From: Bryobacterales bacterium
GTDB taxonomy: Bacteria; Acidobacteriota; Terriglobia; Bryobacterales; UBA6623
Reading direction: 5' to 3'
Length of the DNA: 64,000 nt
Assembly (NCBI GenBank): GCA_965238045.1
Contig: CBDEGU010000012.1
Coordinates: 1,685,075 to 1,749,074, forward strand
In this document: positions 54,750 to 63,106 of the stretch, one piece after another
Numbering within the stretch: position 1 is the first letter of the stretch
Layout: every line of letters starts with the position of its first letter
Position numbers and translations under genes: made by a program
Notes under the pieces: generated by a model
The model's input: only the letters and a program-made list of their open reading frames with translations
Database searches by the model: none
Told to the model about the DNA's origin: nothing

Positions 54750-55928
54750 TCACAAGGCTTTCTCCAGGCTGTTGCGAGCGTCTTCTACGAGCCGCGCAGC
54801 GTTGTTATAAAAAACGTCTTCGATCTGCGAGCGAGTCAGCCCGGCGTACCGCGCCGCACGCTTCATGGCACGCAGCATTTCATAGCGAACAAACGTGAAA
54901 CCCCCAAAGCAGTGAGAGCGCATAAGCGTCTGATTCGTGTCGTCCATTTGGCTCCAGCAGTAACCCCAGGCCACGTACTTGCCTCGTGTGACTCCCACCG
55001 TAAAGTCGTCGCTTCCGTAACAGACGCGGCTATGGTCCACGATCGACAACAGCGCGGCAAAGGCATCGGATTCGCAAACCGATGAGCCCTCGAACCAAAG
55101 ATTGGGAATCTTGCGTAGCCGCTCAGCAGCTTTCAGCAAGGGCCAATCTGAATAACTTCTTGCGCAGTGCGCCATCATCCAACGCACGCGGGGGTATTTC
55201 GCCGTCAACCGCTCCAAATCCTCGAGGTTCTCGGGGTCGGCGATAGCACGAGATTTCGCAATGTGCATCCGGATAATCAACCCGTAGCGGTTCGCCACCT
55301 CGATTTGATGTTCCGGCATGAAGTCAGTGATGCGGCATTCATTGGTGTCACCGGTCTTCGAGAAATAGCGGTAGGGTTTGAACCCTAAGAACTTGTACTG
55401 TGTCACAAGGCGTTCGACTTCGGCGGCGCTCATCTTCGGGTGGACCAGCATCTGTGCCGGGGTTCTGGGCTTCTTTGCGGCTTCTTTAGCAATGAACGGG
55501 TTGGACCTTTCGAAATCCACCTGGGGATGCGGCGTGGGCGCCAAGATATGGCTGACTTTTCGACCCGGGTACAAGAGCCTCTCCGCGGCCTCGAGCAATT
55601 CCAGGCTGCCGTACTTGGCAAAAGCTCCCGAGGCCAATTGGTAGCGAGCCGTGTTCGCTTTGTTGGGATCGAGATTAAGCTCGTAGCGGGTCAGGTGACC
55701 GTGCATGTCAAAGAGCCGCTCGGGCACGAAGTCGTCGAGTTCCTCTTCCCAAATCCGTCGATCGAGGTCGTTGATCTGCAGTATCTTGGCTGCGTCAGGA
55801 ATCCCCTCCGCTGGAGAAGCCGGAGCCTGTGAAGCTGCCGCCCCTGCGGCAGCGCCGGCTAAAAAAGAACGCCGAGATACGCTGCCCGGCTTTAATCCGC
55901 CATCTTTGTTTTCCGTCTTATGGGACAT
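54750..55928 (-). CDS. Amidohydrolase-2 family protein with Tat leader
   Basis: 392 aa. The leader is [27 protein letters not shown] and ...MAHCARSY motifs are present. Confidence 0.7.
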   Translation of the reverse strand: MSHKTENKDGGLKPGSVSRRSFLAGAAAGAAASQAPASPAEGIPDAAKILQINDLDRRIWEEELDDFVPERLFDMHGHLTRYELNLDPNKANTARYQLASGAFAKYGSLELLEAAERLLYPGRKVSHILAPTPHPQVDFERSNPFIAKEAAKKPRTPAQMLVHPKMSAAEVERLVTQYKFLGFKPYRYFSKTGDTNECRITDFMPEHQIEVANRYGLIIRMHIAKSRAIADPENLEDLERLTAKYPRVRWMMAHCARSYSDWPLLKAAERLRKIPNLWFEGSSVCESDAFAALLSIVDHSRVCYGSDDFTVGVTRGKYVAWGYCWSQMDDTNQTLMRSHCFGGFTFVRYEMLRAMKRAARYAGLTRSQIEDVFYNNAARLVEDARNSLEKAL

Positions 55929-56026
55929 TGGTTCTCCTGGTGTCGTCTTTGCGGCTATTGGATACGCTCAGTGTAGTAGCCGGGCCAATCGCGCAAAGGT
56001 TTGAGTGTCGGGCGTATCCTGCCGTT

Positions 56027-56130
56027 TCAGATCAACACCCCACGAGGACGCTTGTCAAGGACAGCACTCGCCACACGCAGGAAGTTTTCTCCGATGATCT
56101 TCCGGATCTGGTCGTCTGAATAGCCTTGAC
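56027..56130 (-). pseudogene. C-terminal 33 codons of a membrane-dipeptidase (M19)-like gene, cut by IS6
   Basis: The minus strand reads QGYSDDQIRKIIGENFLRVASAVLDKRPRGVLI* directly abutting the IS6 left repeat. GYS..DI.KI.G.NFLRV is the usual M19 C-terminus. Confidence 0.45.
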
Positions 56131-56926
56131 GGCATTGTCAAGTTAATAACGCGAAGGCGCTCTTGCGCCGGAGATCGTCCGAGGTCTCTCCCTTTCAGCA
56201 GGCACAAGTCGCCTCCTTCCAGTCAGTGAAAGCTCTGCCCCTGAGCAGTCGATGATGGATCGCTATGAGATGATGACGCCCAACGCGGAACAGATTGTGA
56301 ATGGGCCCGTGGACACAGAGAAATCGTTGGGCCTGAGCCGCTGATTTGAATCGACGCATTTGGCGTTCCTGCTCCCTGGTGTGTTGGTGGGAAACTTCAG
56401 CTCGGTTGTTCTCGTACGGGCCGGTCCGATGGGTAACGGATGGGAAGACCTCTCGGTGGGCCGCCGCATAGCTTCGAAGCTTGTCGGTAACGAGTTGCCA
56501 TGGTGATCTCCCCTCACGTTTCAAAACCTTGCGAAAGAAGCGCTTAGCGGCTCTCCTGTCTCGGTGGCGTGTGACTAAAATATCCAGGACGTCGCCGTCC
56601 TGGTCCACCGCTCTCCAAAGATAATGACGTTCGCCGCAGATGGTGATGAACGACTCGTCCACGTGCCAAATGTCGCCGAGTCGACCTTGTCGCCGCCGCA
56701 GAGTGCGGGCATACGCTGGTCCAAACTTCCGGCACCAGGATCGAATGGCTTCGTAGGATACGGTGATGCCACGCTCCGCGAGAAGGTCTTCGACATCGCG
56801 AAAGCTCAGCGTGAACCGATGGTACAGCCAAACCGCGTGGCTGATGATCTCGGGTGGAAAGCGGTGGCGTCGATACAGGGATTCCATCGGTCAATTGTCG
56901 CCCACCGGTGTTAACTTGACAATGCC
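56131..56926 (-). mobile_element. IS6-family insertion sequence, 796 bp
   Basis: The terminal inverted repeats are GGCATTGTCAAGTTAA (56131-56146) and TTAACTTGACAATGCC (56911-56926). It has a single transposase ORF. No flanking direct repeat was seen. Confidence 0.85.
56195..56887 (-). CDS. IS6-family transposase
   Basis: 230 aa. It contains RHRFPPEIISHAVWLYHRFTLSFRDVEDLLAERGI...WHVDESFI...YLWRAVDQDG...TDKLRSY...NNRAEVSHQ. Confidence 0.9.
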   Translation of the reverse strand: MESLYRRHRFPPEIISHAVWLYHRFTLSFRDVEDLLAERGITVSYEAIRSWCRKFGPAYARTLRRRQGRLGDIWHVDESFITICGERHYLWRAVDQDGDVLDILVTRHRDRRAAKRFFRKVLKREGRSPWQLVTDKLRSYAAAHREVFPSVTHRTGPYENNRAEVSHQHTREQERQMRRFKSAAQAQRFLCVHGPIHNLFRVGRHHLIAIHHRLLRGRAFTDWKEATCAC

Positions 56927-57047
56927 ACCGCGCCAGTTCCCGACCCTACCGCCAGTGCGTTGCCTGCTAGCCTTCTTTGATCCACTGCTCCGCAGTGCCG
57001 CGCTTGTTGTAGCCGGCAACAACAAAACTACCGGGCTGGTTTTCGAG
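56927..57047 (-). pseudogene. Internal relic of an IS1380-type transposase
   Basis: The minus strand reads LENQPGSFVVAGYNKRGTAEQWIKEG*QATHWR*GRELARW. The RGTAEQWIKEGK motif is characteristic. It is cut by the IS6 right end. Confidence 0.45.
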
Positions 57048-57368
57048 CTAAGCTGTTTAAGCTGTTCCACCGCGCCCCTCAGGGGCGGTGTTTTCCAGAT
57101 TCAACTGTAGGGTCATCCTACGGCCAATTGTCAACTTGCTCATACTAGAGGGAAATAGCGGCCTCTCGATAGGCTCCTGCGCGGTTGAAATCCACCAACG
57201 CGCACGAAAGGCACCGGGACTGGACGCCTCGCGGCTTTTCGTATGCCCCTCTGGGGCGAAACGCCAACCCACGGGTCCTACTGTAGATCGGGGACGTCGA
57301 AGCGGGTGAACAACTGCCGTAGTTCGTCGCGCTCTTCGTCGTTGAGCGAACGGTTCGGGAGGCGGCTA

Positions 57369-58599
57369 GTATATCGTTTCATTAAACTGTACTCATCTCA
57401 GACGCGCTCTCCAGCGGCTCGAACTTCCTCCAGCGGTGAACGACGGGGGCGGCGTTGATCTCCGCGATCCCCTGCAGGATTCGTTCTCGAAGTTCCTCCC
57501 AGGACTCCACCCGGATTCGCTTCAAAAAAGTGCGCGCCATCTTCCCGAACAGCGTCTCGACAATATTCAGCCAGGACCCGTGGGTCGGCGTATGCACGTA
57601 TTTGAAGCGGTTCGGACGCGTCGCCAAATAGTCCTTCGTCTCCTTGGAAACGTGGGAGGAATGATTATCCAAGATCAATCGGATCGTGCAGTGGGCCGGG
57701 TAGGATTGGTCCAGATCCTTGAGCAGTAAGATGAATTCCCGGCTGCGGTGGCGCCGCTCCACCCGCGCTGTCACCCGACCGTCGTGCAAGTCCAGCGCCG
57801 CCAGAATCGAGCAAGTTCCCAGACGTTTGTATTCGTAATCTCGAGCCACGCAGGGATGCCGCCCCGCAGTCGGCGGCAGGTCCGGAGCGGTGTTGGCGAT
57901 CGCTTGCACGCCGGGCTTTTCGTCGACCGAAACCGTAATCACGCCCGGCGATGGGCCGCCCTCGCCCGCGCTTTCATTCTGCAAGGCCACCTCGCGGTAG
58001 ACCAGCAGCACCTGCCGCATCTTGGACTCAAAATCCGGGTCGCGGCGCTGCAAGTAGTACTTCACCTTCTCCGGGTGAAGAGGTTGCTCGGCCAGAATCC
58101 GATGGACGGTCGCCTTGGCCGCTTGGGCCAAGGCCGGATAGCCCGCTTCCACGGCATGCTGGCGCACGTGCCGGGCGAGCGCGCCGCGGGTCCAGAGCTC
58201 GGCGGCGTAACCGAGTTGCTTGGGTTTGCTACAGGCCAAGTGCACCACCCAGGCCTTGGCCTCTTCGCTGATGCGGGGTTCCCGGGGACGATGATAGGCA
58301 TCCTTGAGCGCCGCTTCCACCCCCATGGCCAGGGCTCGCTCGATCCATTTGCCAACGCTTTTGCGCGTCATCTTCACGGCCCGCATAATCTCGGCGATCG
58401 TCTCGCCGCAATGATAGCGCCACAGAATCTCGGCTCTCTGCACCTCCCGAGCCGGAGCCTTACGCGAACGACGCAGCCGCTGCAGATGTTGCGACTCTTC
58501 GGGCGTGAGAAGCAGTTGGGGACGCTTCGATTTTCCTGCCATGCATCCAGCCTAGCAGGAAACATCCTCGTATCGATATGTTTTAATGAAACGCTATAC
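57369..58599 (-). mobile_element. IS630-family insertion sequence, 1231 bp
   Basis: The inverted repeats are GTATATCGTTTCATTAAA / TTTAATGAAACGCTATAC. A TA dinucleotide lies on both sides (57367-57368 and 58600-58601). Confidence 0.85.
57382..58542 (-). CDS. IS630-family transposase
   Basis: 386 aa with an HTH N-terminus. It contains ...SVDEKPGVQA..., ...LILDNHSSH... and ...TPTHGSWLNIVE.... Confidence 0.9.
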   Translation of the reverse strand: MAGKSKRPQLLLTPEESQHLQRLRRSRKAPAREVQRAEILWRYHCGETIAEIMRAVKMTRKSVGKWIERALAMGVEAALKDAYHRPREPRISEEAKAWVVHLACSKPKQLGYAAELWTRGALARHVRQHAVEAGYPALAQAAKATVHRILAEQPLHPEKVKYYLQRRDPDFESKMRQVLLVYREVALQNESAGEGGPSPGVITVSVDEKPGVQAIANTAPDLPPTAGRHPCVARDYEYKRLGTCSILAALDLHDGRVTARVERRHRSREFILLLKDLDQSYPAHCTIRLILDNHSSHVSKETKDYLATRPNRFKYVHTPTHGSWLNIVETLFGKMARTFLKRIRVESWEELRERILQGIAEINAAPVVHRWRKFEPLESASEMSTV

Positions 58600-59544
58600 T
58601 AGGACCGCCGGGGCGGCCGCAAAGTTCGAGCGCCGCTTTGACCACCGGACTCTCGGCGCCTGTCCGCTTCCACATCTTGCCGCGGAAGTCAGACCAGGGC
58701 CAATTGATGGTGGTGATCTTCTGCTGCGCGGCCTCGTAGTCGGCGGCCTCGAGCAACCGCCATACGTCCAGCTCGTGCTCGGGCCAGACCGTCGCTAGGT
58801 GCGTGATGTAGCCCGTGCCGCCCAATAGGCGGTTCATGACGTGCAGCCCCGAGTTGTCGACGACGGCCAGTTGGTCGGAGAATCGCGCCACCCCGCGCAG
58901 GTAGGCGCTGCTACCCTGGGACGACGACCACTTCAGCGAGACGCAGCGCGGCAGTTCAGCGAGCCGTGCGACCTGGTCGAGGGACATGTTGTAGCCCTCC
59001 CAGTAGGTGTTGTAGATCATGATCGCGATGTGGCCTGTCGCGTTATGCACCGCCTGGAAGAGACGCAGGCAATCCTCGTCTGACGATTCGTAGTAGAACC
59101 CGGGAGACATCTGAACGGCGTACGCGCCGATCTGCTCGGCCCACTGCGCCATCTCGATGATCGTGTTGACGTTGGTATCTTGCGCTCCCACGACGACCGG
59201 TGCGCGACCATCGGCGGCCTTGGCGATTGTTTCCGTAACGGCCTTGCGTTCGGCGAAGGTGAGCATCGGGAAGTCTCCGCCGGCACCGGCCGCCAGAAGC
59301 ACGCCGTGTCCGGTGCTGATGCCGCGCTCGACGACGTAGCGGACGTTCTCGCTGATCGCGCCGTGGTCGATCGACAGGTCGTCGTTCAGATTGGTGATGA
59401 CCGGAATCATCGGCCCGCGTAACGTTCCCTTCACCTTTTCCAAGTCCATCGTGTCCCCTTCCTTTTGGAGTTTCGTTACTCCGCGCGGCGCGCTCAGATC
59501 GGACTGGCCCAGGCCATCTGTTTGTTCGTTTGGATCACCCGGAC

Positions 59545-59664
59545 GGTATTGTCAAGTTAACTGGCTGCCGAGGGACCAAGCCACCATTTCGAGTACTCAG
59601 GCGCGATCTCGCTGCCCATATCTTGGGGCTGTCTCAGCCCGTCATGCGTTAACTTGACAATGCC
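59545..59664 (+). mobile_element. 120-bp MITE with IS6-type terminal inverted repeats (copy M1)
   Basis: GGTATTGTCAAGTTAAC...GTTAACTTGACAATGCC. The internal 86 nt are unrelated to the IS6 interior and include a GGGCTG-AGA-CAGCCC hairpin. Confidence 0.8.
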
Positions 59665-59882
59665 CTCGATGACGTTCGTCTTCGTAACGACACTCGGTAT
59701 GTGGTATTCGTCCGTCTACTACTATCTTCACACGGTAGTGAGAACCGTTCAGTGCCACCTTCTAGACTCGTCTGTGTCCGCGTCAAGCGGGTGGCACTTG
59801 GGCTGAACGAACAAAGCGTCCCAACGCATCTCGTGGTGTCAATATTCTCGGTGGGCATTGAAGGGCCCGCGCTACCTCGAAT

Positions 59883-60366
59883 TGTCCTGGTTCAGCTGGA
59901 AATGGAATGTTGCGCCGCTCTCATAGTGGAGAGAACAAATGGCGAAACAGCGCAAGCACTACACAGCAGACGAGAAAGTGTCCATTCTTCTGCGCCACTT
60001 GCTGGAGCATGTTCCCGTGTCCAAGCTGTGCGACGAACGGAGCCTTCAGCCGACGGTCTTCTATCGCTGGCAGAAAGAATTCTTTGAGAACGGCGCGGCT
60101 GCATTCGGCCGCCAAACCCGCTCTGACAAGGCCCCGGAGCGCCGGCAGATCGCAGCCCTGGAACGGAAGCTTCAGCGGAGGAATGAGATCCTAGCCGAGC
60201 TGATGGACGAGCACCTTACCCTGAGAACCAGCATGGCGAGCCCTTGAATCGGACCATGATACCATCGGATCGATAGACCCCCATGCCTGAGAAAATCCCC
60301 GCCCGAAGGGCGGAATGACTACCTTACTCAGAGCGGCCTTTCTCCATTTCCGGCTGAACCAGGACA
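59883..60366 (+). mobile_element. 484-bp IS3-family derivative retaining only orfA
   Basis: The inverted repeats are TGTCCTGGTTCAGCTGGAAATGG (59883-) and CCATTTCCGGCTGAACCAGGACA (-60366). They enclose only the 102-aa OrfA. No orfB is present. Confidence 0.7.
59939..60247 (+). CDS. IS3-family transposase OrfA (HTH/leucine-zipper part)
   Basis: MAKQRKHYTADEKVSILLRHLLEHVPVSKLCDERSLQPTVFYRWQKEFFENGAAAF...LERKLQRRNEILAELMDE. Confidence 0.8.
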   Translation: MAKQRKHYTADEKVSILLRHLLEHVPVSKLCDERSLQPTVFYRWQKEFFENGAAAFGRQTRSDKAPERRQIAALERKLQRRNEILAELMDEHLTLRTSMASP

Positions 60367-60420
60367 CGATGAGATATCCGCATTCCAGTATTCTATCAAC
60401 TCGTCGAAGGGCATTGTCAA

Positions 60421-60540
60421 GGCATTGTGAAGTTAACGCATGACGGGCTGAGACAGCCCCAAGATAGGGGCAGCGAGATCGCGCCTGAGTACTCGATATG
60501 GTGGCTTGGTCCCTCGGAAATCAGTTAACTTGACAATACC
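60421..60540 (-). mobile_element. 120-bp IS6-type MITE (copy M2, inverted relative to M1/M3)
   Basis: GGCATTGTGAAGTTAACGCATGACGGG...CAGTTAACTTGACAATACC. It is preceded by an 11-nt partial repeat GGCATTGTCAA (60410-60420). Confidence 0.8.
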
Positions 60541-60979
60541 GTTGAACAAGCTGCTGGTGAGCGAGTTCACCAGGTCGCGGGCGCATCGCACGACCGACAA
60601 TGCCCTGGTCGAGGGCAAGAATGGGGCGGTGGTGCGCAAGCACATCGGACACGAGCCGATCGGAGCCGAGCATGCCGGAGAGTTCCAGCGTTTCTACATG
60701 GCCGAGTTCCGTCCCTATTTGAACTACCATCGCCCTTGCGGATTCGCCACCGTGGAGGTGGGCGACAACGGCAAGCGGCAGCGCCGCTATCGGCTCGAAG
60801 ACTACCGCACGCCCTACGAAAAGCTGCTTTCGCTCCACCATTGGGAAAGCTACTTGAAGCTGGGCGTTACGGCAGCTTTTCTCAAGCAACAAGCAGGCCG
60901 GATGAGCGATATCGAGTCTGCGCTGCGGATGCAACAACGCAAGAGAAAACTGCTGGCCGACAGCCGGTCGCGGTGGTAA
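60541..60979 (+). pseudogene. C-terminal fragment of an rve/DDE-type transposase, 5' end removed at the MITE
   Basis: ...SEFTRSRAHRTTDNALVEGKNGAVVRKHIGHEPIGAEHAGEFQRFYMAEFRPYLNYHRPCGF...YRTPYEKLLSL... The track ORF start lies inside M2. Confidence 0.6.
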
Positions 60980-61215
60980 GACAGCCCCCCGAGGCTGGCC
61001 TGCCGGCCCGGGATGGTTCCGTGTTGGGAGGGGGAGAGGGAAGCTCGATGAGTTTCCTTGCGCGGAGCACGACCCGGCTGAGCTTCCCCCTCCCCCTGAT
61101 CACCCCTCCACCCTCGCAACCCCTGCGCCTGTACCCCCTAGAAAGGAGATCGCTGCCCAACCCCGTGCCCTTACCCACCCAGATCCCTTTCAGGATCATT
61201 CTTGGATTGGAAAAT

Positions 61216-61335
61216 GCTATTGTCAAGTTAACTGATTTCCGAGGGACCAAGCCACCATATCGAGTACTCAGGCGCCATCTCGCTGCCCCTATCTTGGGGC
61301 TGTCTCAGCCCGTCATGCGTTAACTTGACAATGCC
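61216..61335 (+). mobile_element. 120-bp IS6-type MITE (copy M3)
   Basis: GCTATTGTCAAGTTAACTG...GCGTTAACTTGACAATGCC. It is near-identical to M1 by eye. Its right end overlaps the first candidate start codons of the next gene. Confidence 0.8.
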
Positions 61336-62923
61336 TATGACTGATACCTCTAGTATCGGCATTCGATCCGCGGTGCCACACCGTCCATTGATATTGGTGA
61401 ATGGCACTGTTGTTGACGGTACTGGTGGGGAGCCCAGAAAAGCGAACGTGCTCTTGAAGGAGAAATCAATTGAGGACGTCGGCGCAATCAGCCCGGCCCC
61501 CGATTGGGAGACGATCGACTGTTCGGGTCTCCATATTGCGCCGGGATTCATCGACGTCCATAGCCACGGGGACCATGAGGTTTTCGAGCACCTCCCCAAT
61601 AAAATCCTTCAAGGGGTGACGACAGAAATTGTCGGCAACTGCGGTTTCTCGCTCTTTCCTGCCCGCCCCAATCCGACCGGCGAACGGTTGACCGGAGAAC
61701 TCTTTGACGGGGACCCGACCGATGGCATGGCGAATGCCGCTGCTTATTTCTCCGCGCTGGAAGAGAAGGGCAGCCGCGTAAACGTCGCCGCGCTGACGGG
61801 GCATAGCGCTCTCCGTGTATTCGTCATGAAGGCGCGCCGGGAAGCGGGAGAGCGGGAACTGAGCCAGATGGAAGAGGCTCTTGCAAGCTGTCTGAGCTCG
61901 GGTTCGATCGGTCTGTCAACCGGACTGAACTGTATCCCGAGCGCCTTCGCGGACCGCCACGAACTGGTGCGACTCTGCCGCGTCGTGAGGAGACATGATG
62001 CCTTCTACACCAGTCACCTAAGGGACTACAAGTTCAAGGTCGTGGAGGCTGTGGATGAGGCTCTCGATCTGGGCAGAGCCACGGGCGTTCCCGTACAACT
62101 CTCGCATCTTCAGGTGGTTGGACAGAAAAACTGGGGCAAGCTGGATCTCGTTCTGGAGCATGTTGGGCGCGCTGTGGAGGAGGGCGTGGATGTCGCTATG
62201 GATGCCTATCCCTATCTGGCGGGCTCTTGTTTATTGACCCAGCTTTTGCCGTCATGGTCCCTGGAGGGTGGAATCCCGAGTCTGCTGCAGCGTTTGTCGG
62301 CAGCCGCTGACTGCGACCGTATCGCTATGGAGACGGATGACAACATGGCGAATACGTGGGATGACATTGTGATCTGTAAGGCCGGGCCTGACGGGGCTGA
62401 AGCGGTTGCCGGCAAGTCGGTAGCCCGGATCGCCGCTGAGCTCGACCGCGGGGCGGCGCAGGTCGCTCTCGACTTGTTGCGGGAGTACTCGGGCGATGTC
62501 CGCATCATTTCCTTCAACAACAATGAAGACAACCTCAGGAGTGTGATCACGCACGAGTTGACTCTGGTTATCACCGATGGGCTCGTGACGGAAGGTATCT
62601 CGCACCCGCGCACCTTCGGGACCTACCCCAAGTTTCTGGGAGAGTACGTCCGCGAAAAGAAGTGGATGTCGCTGGAGGAAGCTGTCGTCAAGACAAGCGC
62701 CTTGGCCGCACAGCGTTTTGGGCTACACAGGCGAGGCACGATCAAGCCGCGGAACTTCGCGGACCTCGTTGTTTTCGACGCCGACAGAATTGGTACGGCG
62801 TCGGATTACGAGCATCCCCAGCGCGATCCGGAAGGAATTCACCACGTCTTGGTCAACGGCCGACTCGTTGTCCGAGACGGAATGCTGACACCCGAGTTAG
62901 CAGGCACAGCCCTTCGGCATTGA
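61331..62923 (+). CDS. D-aminoacylase (N-acyl-D-amino-acid deacylase) family amidohydrolase
   Basis: ...LILVNGTVVDGTGGEPRKANVLL...HIAPGFIDVHSHGD...QLSHLQV... Start is uncertain: TTG 61325, ATG 61331 or ATG 61337. The first two lie in or across the MITE end. Confidence 0.75.
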   Translation: MPMTDTSSIGIRSAVPHRPLILVNGTVVDGTGGEPRKANVLLKEKSIEDVGAISPAPDWETIDCSGLHIAPGFIDVHSHGDHEVFEHLPNKILQGVTTEIVGNCGFSLFPARPNPTGERLTGELFDGDPTDGMANAAAYFSALEEKGSRVNVAALTGHSALRVFVMKARREAGERELSQMEEALASCLSSGSIGLSTGLNCIPSAFADRHELVRLCRVVRRHDAFYTSHLRDYKFKVVEAVDEALDLGRATGVPVQLSHLQVVGQKNWGKLDLVLEHVGRAVEEGVDVAMDAYPYLAGSCLLTQLLPSWSLEGGIPSLLQRLSAAADCDRIAMETDDNMANTWDDIVICKAGPDGAEAVAGKSVARIAAELDRGAAQVALDLLREYSGDVRIISFNNNEDNLRSVITHELTLVITDGLVTEGISHPRTFGTYPKFLGEYVREKKWMSLEEAVVKTSALAAQRFGLHRRGTIKPRNFADLVVFDADRIGTASDYEHPQRDPEGIHHVLVNGRLVVRDGMLTPELAGTALRH

Positions 62924-63106
62924 GGCGCCGTGATGGTTGCATCAGTCAAGTAGTTTGAGGCGAACGTAGGCGATTCCCTTTTTTCTCTGTTTTCTTGCGC
63001 GGCCGAAGGCAGGCGAAAACGTCTGAGCGAGCCTTGTCCCTACCGTAAATTCCGCCACGTTGAAAACATGGCATTGGTGCATGAATCGGCGCCGGCTCCC
63101 ACGCTA

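Larger units (their letters stand above)
57278..59449 (-). pseudogene. DapA/N-acetylneuraminate-lyase-family gene interrupted by IS630
   Basis: The 5' part is track ORF 58583..59449 (...KAALELCGRPGGP, then IS sequence). Deleting 57369-58601 continues in frame: GGPSRLPNRSLNDEERDELRQLFTRFDVPDLQ*, with the stop at 57278-57280. Confidence 0.75.

Noticed and set aside
57068-57094. Hairpin CACCGCGCCCC-TCA-GGGGCGGTG followed by TTTT (intrinsic-terminator-like, plus strand)
   Set aside because: No plus-strand gene ends upstream of it. It lies among transposase relics and is probably an orphan left by rearrangement.
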